Shown piece after piece: positions 1-9,638 of a DNA stretch of 64,000 nucleotides (position 1 is its first letter; every line of letters starts with the position of its first letter). The notes under the pieces are model-generated. The model did no database searches. It was given only the letters and a program-made list of their open reading frames with translations, and had not been told where the DNA came from. This DNA comes from a virus: IMG/VR virus record IMGVR_UViG_3300044993_000080, positions 1 to 64,000 of that record. The stretch is one strand, 5' to 3'. Both the position numbers and the translations under genes were made by a program.

Positions 1-3000
1 GCCGGGTTCACCGTGACAATGAAGTCCGGGTCGCGCTGCCACTGCATCAGCCAATCGACCAGCGGCTTGAACCGCAAGCCGGTCTGGATGCTTTCGCGCC
101 ACAGCTTGTTTCCGGGGATGCCGGTCAGGGCCTCAAAGTAGGGCGTGAACGGCCCTTCGAGTTCCTTGAGCGGGTCGATCAGGTTTTGATCGAAGTGCCC
201 GGTCGTGGGGTCGAGATACTCCTCTTTGATGCAGTGCGTCGCGCTGGGAACGCCGGGGTAGTTGGTAACGACCCCTGCCGTAATGCCATTCGCTCCGATG
301 TTGTTGTGCGCCCCGGTCAGGGTCCCGCCACCGATTATCTCGATCTTGTTCGAGATATTCTCCTCACCTGCCCGCGTAGGGAGCCAGACGTTATTCAGGG
401 TCAGGCTCATCTGCGGAACGTCTACGGAGACCAGCCCCATGACCTGATCGGACTTGTTCGCCAGCAGCCGTTTGAAGTGATGAGGGATGGCGGCATAGTT
501 TGTCACGCTGAACATCGTCGGCGCACCGGGGTTGGTGCTGCTCTTTGTAAGCAACTGGTTGCGGAAGCCGCTCATGTGAACATGGTTTTCGACCGTCACA
601 TTGCCGAAAAGTCCGGTGCCCATCTGAAGGAAGACCGGCTGGGTTGGCGAAACGCTGATCCACGAACCGATATAGGTGTTGGGCAGGTTGGTATCCGCAA
701 GGTGCGTTTGAATGCCGTCGTGGTGCGTGGCGATGTTGTAGATCGCTGGGCCGCTTCCGTTCGACCAGACGTTGTTTGTCCAGGTGCCGTAGCGGCAGTA
801 GAGGCGCACCCAAGGCGTTGCAGGGGACGGCGCGAATTTCTGGGCGATGACAAAAACATCGCCGTTATCCGGAGCGGCTTCGAGAGTGCCATTCCCAATC
901 AGCATACCATTATAGGCGAACTGGAAATTAGGCTTGTTTTGATTGGCGTTCCCGAAAAACTGCGAGTAGTGGGCGACCATGATCCGGCGGCCTCGGATAG
1001 CCGCTGCCTCGTTCAGCGTGTTGGCGGTGTAATCGTAAACCCCAGCGTGATAAGCCCACAGGCCGCGAGGAAGATCGGCCGCCGCACTAAGGCCCGCCGC
1101 AGTGACGTTCTGCCAGATCGGGCGATTATTGCTATCCACACTCACCGCTACCTCAATCTCCTTGGTGCTCTGCATCAGGTCCAGCCTCATGCCGGTCGAG
1201 CGCCCAAGAAATACGTTGTTGGTGGAGTAAGTGATCGTCCCGCCGTGCAGGTAAGTGGCATCGTTCCATACGCGGTCGAGATAGAAGTTTTCCTGGCTCC
1301 AAGTGAATGTCCTGCCGGGCGGGCCGTCCGGGCTGAGGCCGCGAGGGACCATCTGGCAGGACGAGTTATCGACGTTCACGCTGGAGCCGTTTGGGGCTTG
1401 GGTCATGTTGATCGTCAGGTAGCCCTGAAAGATCGAGAGCGTCAGGTCGTCCATGTCGTCCTGAACCGTGACATTGCGCCGGTTCCGGGTATGCGTCGGG
1501 ATCGTGCCAAGCTGGATCGAATGGTTGAAGTTGAAGCTCCCTGCCGGGCGCAGCGTATGGGTGTTGCTTGTCCCAAGCTGTGTCTGCGAGACAAGTTCGC
1601 CTTCGTTGCTGCTCAAGGGAAAGACGCAGATATAATCCATCTTGGTCAGACCGGTCAGGTTGGTCTGACCAGTTGTCGCCCCTACCGCATTGAGCAAGCG
1701 GCTGATCCAGCCGTAAAGCCGAACGTCGTTCTTGAATGCCGAAGTGAGCGTGAAATTGTGCAGGTTCGGGCGAAACCAGCCGCCAGATACCGAAGGCAAA
1801 CACTCCTGCGTGTAGCGCCCCGGCCCCAAATTCAGCGTATAGTCATCCACCCGGTTCGAGTTGGTAGCCGTCTGCGGCCCGAAGTCGTAGCGGTCAGTGC
1901 TGTTCGGAAGGATGCCATAGGTATCGGTCGTCTCATTGGACGCCACAATCTCGATGCGAGGCACTAGCGGAAACCAGTCGCCCCCGCTCATGTAGCGGCT
2001 GTTGAGCAGCGCCAGCTTGCCGTTCGTGATTGCCGTTCGACAACGAGCAACACCGTGAAACAGTGCACCGATCTTTCCGGCAATGTCGGTGTTGATCGTC
2101 TCGGCAACAAAGTCCTTGTAGTAAGGCGCGCTGCCGGTTGTCGGGGTGATAAGCTGCGGAGCGCCCGAAGGCGGTGCTTCCAGATTGTTGCCCGCCGTCC
2201 AGTCGTGGATCATCATTTGGACGCCAACAGGGACATTGGCGAGGCTAACCTGCGGGAAGAAGTTTGTTCCAGCGGCGATGCCGTCAAATTGCGCCCACAC
2301 AAGCCAAACATCGTTCCCCGCGCTGTCCTGATAGGGCATCTTGGAGACGCCTGTAACGTATGCGCGAGTGGCATTGATGGTGGAGGAAATGGTAATCTCA
2401 CCAGCCGCGTCCACGGCAAAAGACACGCTGCTGGAAGTCCAACCAATTGAAAAGCTCCACGCTGTCCCTTTGACAGGCAAGGAGATAAGCATACTGGTGC
2501 GGCACCGATTGCCGAGCGCAGGGTTGACAAATCCGATGTTGTCAGCCCTGATAACGGTGTTGGTTGCGCTGTTCTGGAGGCTAGTCAGCAGCACGCCTTT
2601 CCCAGTGCCGCCGTGGATGTCGGGGCCGCTGTGCTCGCCAGCGTAAGCGCGAGAAATCCGGGACGGTCCATTGTTGAACAGGTAGGCTGCGCTTGTGTTT
2701 GTGTGGGGTGCGTCAACCTTGTGCCACGGTGCGCCGTATATCCGGCGAGCGGGCTCCATCAGCGCCCCCAGATATGTCCCCGTGTTATCATGGTAGGAGC
2801 GTTCCTTGCCTGCAACGAGTTGCGCCCAGCTACCGTCGGCTTTCCGTCCCCAAACTCCGTCCGTCGTCGTCCAAGTGGCGTAATTGGGGATGGTGATTTC
2901 CGCTGTGGAAGAAAGGATTTTGACCAAAGCAGCCTTGCCAGTGGCGGCTTCGGCCCGATCCGCCTCAATCGAAGCAATCTGACTGTCGGTGTCCCCGGTG

Positions 3001-3359
3001 CGCAGCCATGCGGCTGGGTCTCCCTGATACGTGTAGCGCCCCGTGTTGGGCACAAGATCACCTATCGTGGCGAGTGAGCCGCCCAGAGCAAACTCCCCAG
3101 CAACAGCCGGGTGGAAGGCGCTGTCCGCCAGCACAACCGATGGATCACCTTCAATCATGTTGGTGGCGTCGAGAAGTTCACTGCGCAAGTTGAAGCCTCG
3201 CGCGATGATCGCGCGCTGCCGCAGCCTGTCAGCATCGTCACGCGCTTGTCCGGCCTGCGTTGCCGCTGCCTGCGCGTCTTGAACATGCCCGGCCACCCCG
3301 AGCACCCCCTGAATGGTGGCAACGTCTTCGGGCGACAGGTTTTCGATGGGTTTGGTCAT
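1..3359 (-). CDS. Tail fibre/tail spike (receptor-binding) protein, >1119 aa, runs off the left edge
   Basis: ATG at 3359 (MTKPIENLSPEDVATIQG...) with an upstream AGAGG RBS-like sequence. Frame stays open to position 3 when translated by eye. Lies directly downstream of J and is rich in beta-forming G/N/T residues. Absent from the ORF track because there is no stop in the window. Confidence 0.75.
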   Translation of the reverse strand, partial: MTKPIENLSPEDVATIQGVLGVAGHVQDAQAAATQAGQARDDADRLRQRAIIARGFNLRSELLDATNMIEGDPSVVLADSAFHPAVAGEFALGGSLATIGDLVPNTGRYTYQGDPAAWLRTGDTDSQIASIEADRAEAATGKAALVKILSSTAEITIPNYATWTTTDGVWGRKADGSWAQLVAGKERSYHDNTGTYLGALMEPARRIYGAPWHKVDAPHTNTSAAYLFNNGPSRISRAYAGEHSGPDIHGGTGKGVLLTSLQNSATNTVIRADNIGFVNPALGNRCRTSMLISLPVKGTAWSFSIGWTSSSVSFAVDAAGEITISSTINATRAYVTGVSKMPYQDSAGNDVWLVWAQFDGIAAGTNFFPQVSLANVPVGVQMMIHDWTAGNNLEAPPSGAPQLITPTTGSAPYYKDFVAETINTDIAGKIGALFHGVARCRTAITNGKLALLNSRYMSGGDWFPLVPRIEIVASNETTDTYGILPNSTDRYDFGPQTATNSNRVDDYTLNLGPGRYTQECLPSVSGGWFRPNLHNFTLTSAFKNDVRLYGWISRLLNAVGATTGQTNLTGLTKMDYICVFPLSSNEGELVSQTQLGTSNTHTLRPAGSFNFNHSIQLGTIPTHTRNRRNVTVQDDMDDLTLSIFQGYLTINMTQAPNGSSVNVDNSSCQMVPRGLSPDGPPGRTFTWSQENFYLDRVWNDATYLHGGTITYSTNNVFLGRSTGMRLDLMQSTKEIEVAVSVDSNNRPIWQNVTAAGLSAAADLPRGLWAYHAGVYDYTANTLNEAAAIRGRRIMVAHYSQFFGNANQNKPNFQFAYNGMLIGNGTLEAAPDNGDVFVIAQKFAPSPATPWVRLYCRYGTWTNNVWSNGSGPAIYNIATHHDGIQTHLADTNLPNTYIGSWISVSPTQPVFLQMGTGLFGNVTVENHVHMSGFRNQLLTKSSTNPGAPTMFSVTNYAAIPHHFKRLLANKSDQVMGLVSVDVPQMSLTLNNVWLPTRAGEENISNKIEIIGGGTLTGAHNNIGANGITAGVVTNYPGVPSATHCIKEEYLDPTTGHFDQNLIDPLKELEGPFTPYFEALTGIPGNKLWRESIQTGLRFKPLVDWLMQWQRDPDFIVTVNP

Positions 3360-3388
3360 AGACGCCTCTTGCAGGGTTCAAACTGGTT

Positions 3389-6300
3389 CTACGGTATATT
3401 GTAATTGGGGTCAAAGGGCCTGCGCCCGTAAAACTCGGGGAAGTATATGACATCAACGTAAAGGGACGTTTCCTGCGCGTCTGTATGGGTGTATGTCACA
3501 AGCATAACACCCGTATCGCTAGCGTTGGAAATAGTTATCAGGCCTGTGTTGGGGTCAATAGTGGCTGTAATCTCTGGATCAGGGACAATGGACCACGTTC
3601 CTCCCGTCAAGCCGGTGGAGCCCTCTAACGCCACCATGGCTACGCTGCGCGAGCTGGTGCTACCCTCGAACCACGTAGGCACTGACGGCGATGCTTCAAG
3701 CATACGAACTGCCCCGAGGCCAGTCAGGAAAGTTACATTGATGAGCAGGTCCGTGGCGACGCCATCGGTATGTGTGTAAACCACCACGAAAGAGCCTGAC
3801 CGCGTTACGTTGGAAAGCGCCACCAGCCCATTAGCGGCGTTTATCGAGAGCGTGGCACCGCCCATGATAACAGACTGGAGAGACCACGTCCCGCCTGACA
3901 AGGACACTCCGCCGCGAACCACATTGTGCGCCGCGTAACGCGTGGTGCCCGTAGCATTGCCCGCTGCGAACTCGCGGATTTCCAAGGTTGGAAACTGCGG
4001 CTCGATCTTGCGCTCGATAGCTGCAATATCCAGCGGGGTGGTTGCCAGCACATCAGTAGGCACGCCCGGCCCGAAAGCGTCATAGGGGACAACAATGACC
4101 TCGTGCACCTGAGCGGGCAGATCGACAAGATCAATCACCGTATTGGGGCCGTCGTATACGAGATCATCCTCTGCGACTGCGACACCTTCCGTCACGGTCG
4201 CTGCATAGACCCGCACTCCTCTGAAATCAGTGTCATTGGGCGGCAGATAAGTAACCCGCAGACCGCCAACATAGCCGAACACCGAAGGGGCATTGATGAA
4301 CTCTGGCGGGGGGTTGGAAACGGTAATTACCGAAGCTGGAGAGAGCCTCGCATACCTATCCCGGTAAACCACCGAAAACATAAGTTCGCGCGAAGGCGAG
4401 CCCTCGGTGTCCTCGAAGTTCTTCTCATAGCTGTAGACGTAATTCGTGTCGATTACGCTCTCCTCACGGAGCAAGGTCGTAGTCTCCCCGTCGACCGCGA
4501 ACACAGAAACGAGGCAATCTTGGAACATCGGGTCAGCGATGCCCTTAGAGTTCTCAGAGCCGGACAGACCTGCTTCCGATGCAAACGTGGATTGTGGTGT
4601 TACCAAACTCCACGTGATTTTCACGTCCCGGCCAGTGAACACAGAGCCGCCCTGCTGGAGTTGCAGGTCGGTAATCTGACCTAGGGCCAGTGCGTCATCG
4701 GGGGGCGCTACTGGCAAGGTGATGGTGTCCTCGATCACTGAGGAGTAAACCCCGTTGCGGTTAACCGCGAACGATTGGACGCGGTAATTACCCGGCTTGG
4801 CTCCACGGATCGAGAATGAAGGCGAGCCACTCGGCGGCAACGTCACCCACTCGCTGTTCTGATAGCTGTAGCGGGCCATGTAATGGTCGAGATACGGATC
4901 AGGGCTTTTACCTGCCCGAATGTCGATGATCCTCTGGTATTCGTCTATGCCGGTGACAAACCTTTGGGTCAGGGCGATAGACGGCGGGGGTGCTGTCACA
5001 GAAGAAGATGCCAGTGACATGTAGTTCGTCGTCTCAAGCAACCCGCCGTCTTCGTAGATATATGCGTAGCGCGCCTCGTCCCACTTCACGGCGGAGACCG
5101 TGAGCAGGTTTTCCCCCTCCTCCGAGATTTTCAAAACCACGTAGGTCTCTGGTGCAGCACCGTTCTGCAAAATCACGTATTGATCGTTCGGTGCAACCGG
5201 TTGCACAGGCGTTTCAAGAAGAGTGACGGTCTGGCCCGAATAGGTGCATTCGAGATATTCTATTGCGCCGTTGCTCGCGTGCTCGATCCAGATAATGCCG
5301 GTGCCGGATATGAACTCGCCCACAGTCAACGGTTCGCCGCCCAGCGTCAAGAGAGAGAACTTGTAGGAAAGTGCGTTATCGAGGTCAGTCGCAGGAACAG
5401 GACCGGGTGAACTGCTCACGGTCAACTCACTGCCATTGACGGCCAACACCCGGCCACCAGATACGGCGTTGCCGGAACGTCGGTCGCTGACAATGATGGT
5501 ATCCCCGGGAGCAAGGCCTAGTGCTCCGTCGCCGTCGACCGCCATGTGGTCGTAAGACGCCTGATAGGTAATCATGTCGCTCTCAAACTCTTGAGAGAAC
5601 AAGATCGCCCGGCCCATGCGGCGGGCCTGCGCACGACTGGAGCAGCCAAAAGCGCCGAAGTCCTTGGTCTTGTAACCGATCTCGCGGATCAGAGACGGTT
5701 CTTCGACACTCTCAATGGCCCGGCGAAAGAACAGGTCAGGGTCGTTCCATGAGACGTTGACGACGGAAACCCGCTGGCTGTCGCTCTCCCCCGTTCGGGT
5801 GAAACGCCCGCCGATCACGTTGGCATTAGTGACCAATTTGACGGGCGTGCGCGGCTGGTCGCCTACCACCCATAGGCGTGCCTGCATCCAGAACAGTGAG
5901 GCGCGGAAATTGGAGACGAGTTCCCTAAGAACTGCAAACGCTTCTCCGCGCGTGTTGATTACGGTGTTGCACACCCAGCGCGGCTCAAGACCTCCTTTGC
6001 CATCGCTGACCATCTCATCCGCAAACACCCCGGCTTGATAAAGCGTGGGGATGTCGAGGAAGTCAGGTTGCACGAACTGCCCCAGCCCGTAGCGTTTGTT
6101 AGTCACCAATTCATAGAGAACCCATGGGCCGCAGTTGGTGTAGTGCTTTTCTTCGGTCAGTGAGCCGTTGAATGGCCCTGTATACGTGCGGGTCACAGGG
6201 TCGTAGTTGTGCGGGATGCGGCACTTAATGCCTCGGACCCTGTATTGGCGTGTCGGGATTTGGTTGCCGAACTGCTTTGCGTCAATGACGTGCCCTACCA

Positions 6301-6985
6301 GCGCCAGATTGGGGTAGTAAAGGGTGTGCTCCACCACCCGAGTGTAGTTCGAAAACTTGATCCCGTCGTTGACTTTGAGGCTGTTCGCATCCGGCTTGGT
6401 GCGCTTTACCCGGATGGCTGTGATCCCGTTGGGGTCGCCGATGTCGATCCGATAATCGCGGTCGAAACCGTCAATCTGCTTCCCGGTGATGTTGCCGCTG
6501 TGGGCTACTTCGAACGGGCCTCCGTTTTCGCTGATCTCTATAACGAAGGTTACGGAAGTGCCGACTTGGTCCCCATCCTTCTCGACCTCAAAAAAAGCGC
6601 CTGTCGAGATTGTTACGATGACTGCGGTGACAGACCCGTCGTTGGGGAAACTGACCGTCTTATAGACATCGAACGGCAATTCTTGGTTCACCGGAATGGT
6701 GGAGAGGATGTCGGAGAACCCCGGAAAAGGGGCCTGCTCCGGGGTCCCGTTCGTGCCGTAAATCACCACGCCCTCGAAGTTCGGAGAACCGGCGCTGTCG
6801 ATCAGAGGGACTTCGTTGTAAAAGATGCTGCGCTTGCGCTCTTCCTCGGTGTCGCCTACCAGCCCTTCGATCTCTCCCTCTGACAAGAGGTCGAGCACAT
6901 GCGCAGTCTGGTTCGAAAAGAGGGTATCGGGAGCCTCTTTGGGTGTTTTGCCTCCTTTACCGGAGCCGGTCAAAAACATGGTCAC
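3389..6985 (-). CDS. Tail tip attachment/host specificity protein (lambda J-like)
   Basis: N-terminal GKGG...DLLSEGEIEGL, YPNLALVG, RYGLG and WNDPD motifs typical of J. Follows L-K-I. Confidence 0.92.
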   Translation of the reverse strand: MTMFLTGSGKGGKTPKEAPDTLFSNQTAHVLDLLSEGEIEGLVGDTEEERKRSIFYNEVPLIDSAGSPNFEGVVIYGTNGTPEQAPFPGFSDILSTIPVNQELPFDVYKTVSFPNDGSVTAVIVTISTGAFFEVEKDGDQVGTSVTFVIEISENGGPFEVAHSGNITGKQIDGFDRDYRIDIGDPNGITAIRVKRTKPDANSLKVNDGIKFSNYTRVVEHTLYYPNLALVGHVIDAKQFGNQIPTRQYRVRGIKCRIPHNYDPVTRTYTGPFNGSLTEEKHYTNCGPWVLYELVTNKRYGLGQFVQPDFLDIPTLYQAGVFADEMVSDGKGGLEPRWVCNTVINTRGEAFAVLRELVSNFRASLFWMQARLWVVGDQPRTPVKLVTNANVIGGRFTRTGESDSQRVSVVNVSWNDPDLFFRRAIESVEEPSLIREIGYKTKDFGAFGCSSRAQARRMGRAILFSQEFESDMITYQASYDHMAVDGDGALGLAPGDTIIVSDRRSGNAVSGGRVLAVNGSELTVSSSPGPVPATDLDNALSYKFSLLTLGGEPLTVGEFISGTGIIWIEHASNGAIEYLECTYSGQTVTLLETPVQPVAPNDQYVILQNGAAPETYVVLKISEEGENLLTVSAVKWDEARYAYIYEDGGLLETTNYMSLASSSVTAPPPSIALTQRFVTGIDEYQRIIDIRAGKSPDPYLDHYMARYSYQNSEWVTLPPSGSPSFSIRGAKPGNYRVQSFAVNRNGVYSSVIEDTITLPVAPPDDALALGQITDLQLQQGGSVFTGRDVKITWSLVTPQSTFASEAGLSGSENSKGIADPMFQDCLVSVFAVDGETTTLLREESVIDTNYVYSYEKNFEDTEGSPSRELMFSVVYRDRYARLSPASVITVSNPPPEFINAPSVFGYVGGLRVTYLPPNDTDFRGVRVYAATVTEGVAVAEDDLVYDGPNTVIDLVDLPAQVHEVIVVPYDAFGPGVPTDVLATTPLDIAAIERKIEPQFPTLEIREFAAGNATGTTRYAAHNVVRGGVSLSGGTWSLQSVIMGGATLSINAANGLVALSNVTRSGSFVVVYTHTDGVATDLLINVTFLTGLGAVRMLEASPSVPTWFEGSTSSRSVAMVALEGSTGLTGGTWSIVPDPEITATIDPNTGLITISNASDTGVMLVTYTHTDAQETSLYVDVIYFPEFYGRRPFDPNYNIP

Positions 6986-7764
6986 TGATCGGCCTCCGTG
7001 AGCCGCTGCTCGATAAAGAAGTCAAAAGAACCGGGACCGAACCCTTCCTTGGGCACAGGGCCTAGTTTGCCCCCGACGTTTCGGTAGTTGCCACTACCTA
7101 TAGCCGCTGTGGTAATCGAAGCGGCCACACGAACAGGGCCTGTAATGACTTCTCCGATGATGATGGGGATAGCGCCGCCTTCGTCCTCTATTTCGCTAGG
7201 TCCGTCAAAACCGAAGGAAGTCGGGGTCCTCTCTTCCGTGCTCGTGGTAGGCGAGGGAGCAAGAAGTTGGTTGATACCCCCGAGAAACAAAGACGCTCCC
7301 AGCAACGCTACAGAACCATAGGACAGCCCGAGAAACCCCGTGCTGGTGGCGAAGGTCGCGCTAGGTGCGGCCCCGAACGCCCCGAATGCCGCGCCGCCCA
7401 CGCCGGTTGCTAGCAAAGCACCGCCAACTACGACCGAAAAAACGGTTTTGAGCGAACGGCTCTTCGACCCCTGCATCGCGGGTATCAAGTGCCAGTCGCC
7501 GTTGGATTGCGGGACGGTATACTGATGGGGGAGAACTTCGACTACCGTGCTGTCACCTAGCGTGATCTCGTCTTCCGAGTAGGTTATCCGCCCGGTGCCA
7601 CGCGCCAGATGGAATTGGCGGCGACGTAGGTAGATGTTGAAGCCGGGGTGGTTGCAGTCGACAATCCGGATTGCTTCGCCGATGGTCGCGGCGCATACGT
7701 CGTGTTCAGGTCCGTAAATGTCCGCCATCTCACCGTAAAGGTGGAGTTTTCTCAAGACCGTCAT
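6982..7764 (-). CDS. Tail assembly protein (lambda I-like)
   Basis: LYGEMA..G..H ubiquitin-like N-terminus, Gly-rich hydrophobic middle, and F.G.....G..IPIIIGE C-terminus. Confidence 0.88.
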   Translation of the reverse strand: MTVLRKLHLYGEMADIYGPEHDVCAATIGEAIRIVDCNHPGFNIYLRRRQFHLARGTGRITYSEDEITLGDSTVVEVLPHQYTVPQSNGDWHLIPAMQGSKSRSLKTVFSVVVGGALLATGVGGAAFGAFGAAPSATFATSTGFLGLSYGSVALLGASLFLGGINQLLAPSPTTSTEERTPTSFGFDGPSEIEDEGGAIPIIIGEVITGPVRVAASITTAAIGSGNYRNVGGKLGPVPKEGFGPGSFDFFIEQRLTEADQ

Positions 7765-8515
7765 AACGAAACACCGTGTCAATGTAAGGCCACCACCTCA
7801 ACAATGAGGTAGGGCCACTGAGAGAGGCCGGAGCGTGGTGTAGCATATAATCCCCGCCTGTATATACGGCGCAGTGATTTGGGAACCGCCCCCTGATCTT
7901 CCCCACCAGCATGTCGCTTCTTCGCAGGTCGTGCATGGGTATTTTACCCAGATTTCTCAGCCCAGCCGCCTGACAGTTCTTGAGGAATACGTCTTCACCC
8001 GCCTCAACGAAGTCGGGGTCGCAAGCAAAGTTCGGCAAGAGAACGCCGTGCTCCAGCCGCATCCAGTCTCGATACAGGGACCAGCAGTGGAATACTCCCC
8101 ACAGAAACTTGCGTCCTTCCAGCGGGGCTACGGGGAGATCGTCTCCCCACCACGTGACATGCCCTGCAACAACAGCGGGCGTTTCGTCGTTGTAAACTTT
8201 CATCACGGGCACGATGCCCCACGTGCGACCGTCCGCGATCTGCGCCACCTGATCCTGATAGCTGGGGGTCGGCTGGCCGTCCGGGTGGCTGTGAACGAAC
8301 GCCAGTGCGCGTTCGCTCGCCAGTGCAACGGCAACGGGATCGACAGAAAAGTGATTGGTGGGGTCGGGATGCACGTTTTTGGCTGGGACGTAGCCCTCGG
8401 GCATGACAAAGCCCACGGCCTCTTCCGGGTAGGCCGCGATTGCGTGCGCTTGAATATCGGCGATCACTGATGCCGGGAATGGATCGGGATTTCTAAGGGT
8501 GACAGCGGAAGCCAT
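7730..8515 (-). CDS. Tail tip assembly protein K (JAB/MPN + NlpC/P60)
   Basis: JAB motif E...HSHPD..P.PS..D. NlpC/P60-like C(WSL)...NHCAVY...LHH. Confidence 0.92.
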   Translation of the reverse strand: MASAVTLRNPDPFPASVIADIQAHAIAAYPEEAVGFVMPEGYVPAKNVHPDPTNHFSVDPVAVALASERALAFVHSHPDGQPTPSYQDQVAQIADGRTWGIVPVMKVYNDETPAVVAGHVTWWGDDLPVAPLEGRKFLWGVFHCWSLYRDWMRLEHGVLLPNFACDPDFVEAGEDVFLKNCQAAGLRNLGKIPMHDLRRSDMLVGKIRGRFPNHCAVYTGGDYMLHHAPASLSGPTSLLRWWPYIDTVFRYDGLEKTPPLR

Positions 8516-8517
8516 GT

Positions 8518-9276
8518 CTAAACCTCCTGCACGCCGCGCACGCCGGGGAAGGCCGAGTATGGCAGTGGGGCTGATTTACCGAAGCGGGCGACGCAACCCG
8601 TCGTTAGTTCTTTCGAACAGCGGTCGGCGGCGGGAGTAGTCGGCTCACCATTGACATCGAAGCACAACTCCCCCGTGTAGGGGCACCCGCCGTCCTCGAC
8701 AGGGAAGTAAACGAAGTCCCCCTGCCCGTCCGGGACGCGGTATTTGGCGTCGCACCAACGCTTGCGGACGATCCTGAGCGGTATTTGAACGCCGTCAAGA
8801 TCGGCAGGTGACTTGAGTTCCAACTCGACAAAAACATCATCAGCGGATGTCTTGCGGTTGACCACAAACAACTCTTCGCGGATGCGCGCGGAAGGATCGG
8901 CGTTGGGGTTAGGCACTACACCTCCCGCCCCGTCAGGCATGACATCAAGGAACTCGGCAAAGGTGGTGTATCTGCGAATTATCGCCCTGCGAAGATCGCT
9001 ATATTGCTGGAGCAAAGCGGGTATCGGTCCACCTGAGGACGCAATAGAAAAATTCGGCGAGGAAGGAGAACCACGACTGTCTGTTTCGACATCCGACATG
9101 GACACTGCAATCTGAACGTAGGTGTTTCCCCCAAAGACTATAGGAATGCGCTCTACGAAGACGTTGTTCGTGAAATAATGGACCGGGCCTCCAAGATGGG
9201 ACAGGTCCAACTCGTAAAGAGATACCACAGTGCCGACTGCGAATTGGCGGGTGATGCCCTTGAGAATATCACTCAT
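8518..9276 (-). CDS. Minor tail protein L
   Basis: LYELDL...F, RRYTTFAEFLD and C-terminal Fe-S cysteines (WC, GCPY, RC, GC..RFG). Confidence 0.92.
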   Translation of the reverse strand: MSDILKGITRQFAVGTVVSLYELDLSHLGGPVHYFTNNVFVERIPIVFGGNTYVQIAVSMSDVETDSRGSPSSPNFSIASSGGPIPALLQQYSDLRRAIIRRYTTFAEFLDVMPDGAGGVVPNPNADPSARIREELFVVNRKTSADDVFVELELKSPADLDGVQIPLRIVRKRWCDAKYRVPDGQGDFVYFPVEDGGCPYTGELCFDVNGEPTTPAADRCSKELTTGCVARFGKSAPLPYSAFPGVRGVQEV

Positions 9277-9636
9277 TTACGCCTCGATGTCGAAGACCTC
9301 TACGAAGGTCGCGGTTATATTGTAAATATCGAAGGCCACTGTCTCGACCTCCCATTCAGGGCAGACATATAGTCTCGGCTGGGTCTCGTCCAGCAGTTGG
9401 TAGTAGAAGCTATTTACGCCCCTAGCTTCTGTCAAAAAGCCGTCGATGTAATCGGCTTCTTCCTTGGTAAGAGTAGACCACGAAAACTGACGCCGTAGAG
9501 GGTTGCTGTTGATGCCGTCTTGCGCCCGCTGCGCGAAGCCATCGCCGAACTCGGCCAACAACACCTTGGGCTTCATGGATCGGCGAGTGCCGGGGTTGAG
9601 CGGAACGCTGGGAGAAAATGTCAAAAACGAAGGCAT
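9277..9636 (-). CDS. Minor tail protein M (distal tail)
   Basis: FGDGFAQR..DGIN motif, located after the tape measure gene. Confidence 0.92.
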   Translation of the reverse strand: MPSFLTFSPSVPLNPGTRRSMKPKVLLAEFGDGFAQRAQDGINSNPLRRQFSWSTLTKEEADYIDGFLTEARGVNSFYYQLLDETQPRLYVCPEWEVETVAFDIYNITATFVEVFDIEA

Positions 9637-9638
9637 GA

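Noticed and set aside
186-1967. 593-aa plus-strand ORF, and similar long plus ORFs at 14406, 18361, 19388, 28709 and 60764
   Set aside because: They are antisense shadows of real minus-strand genes, caused by GC-rich codon bias, and have no recognisable motifs.
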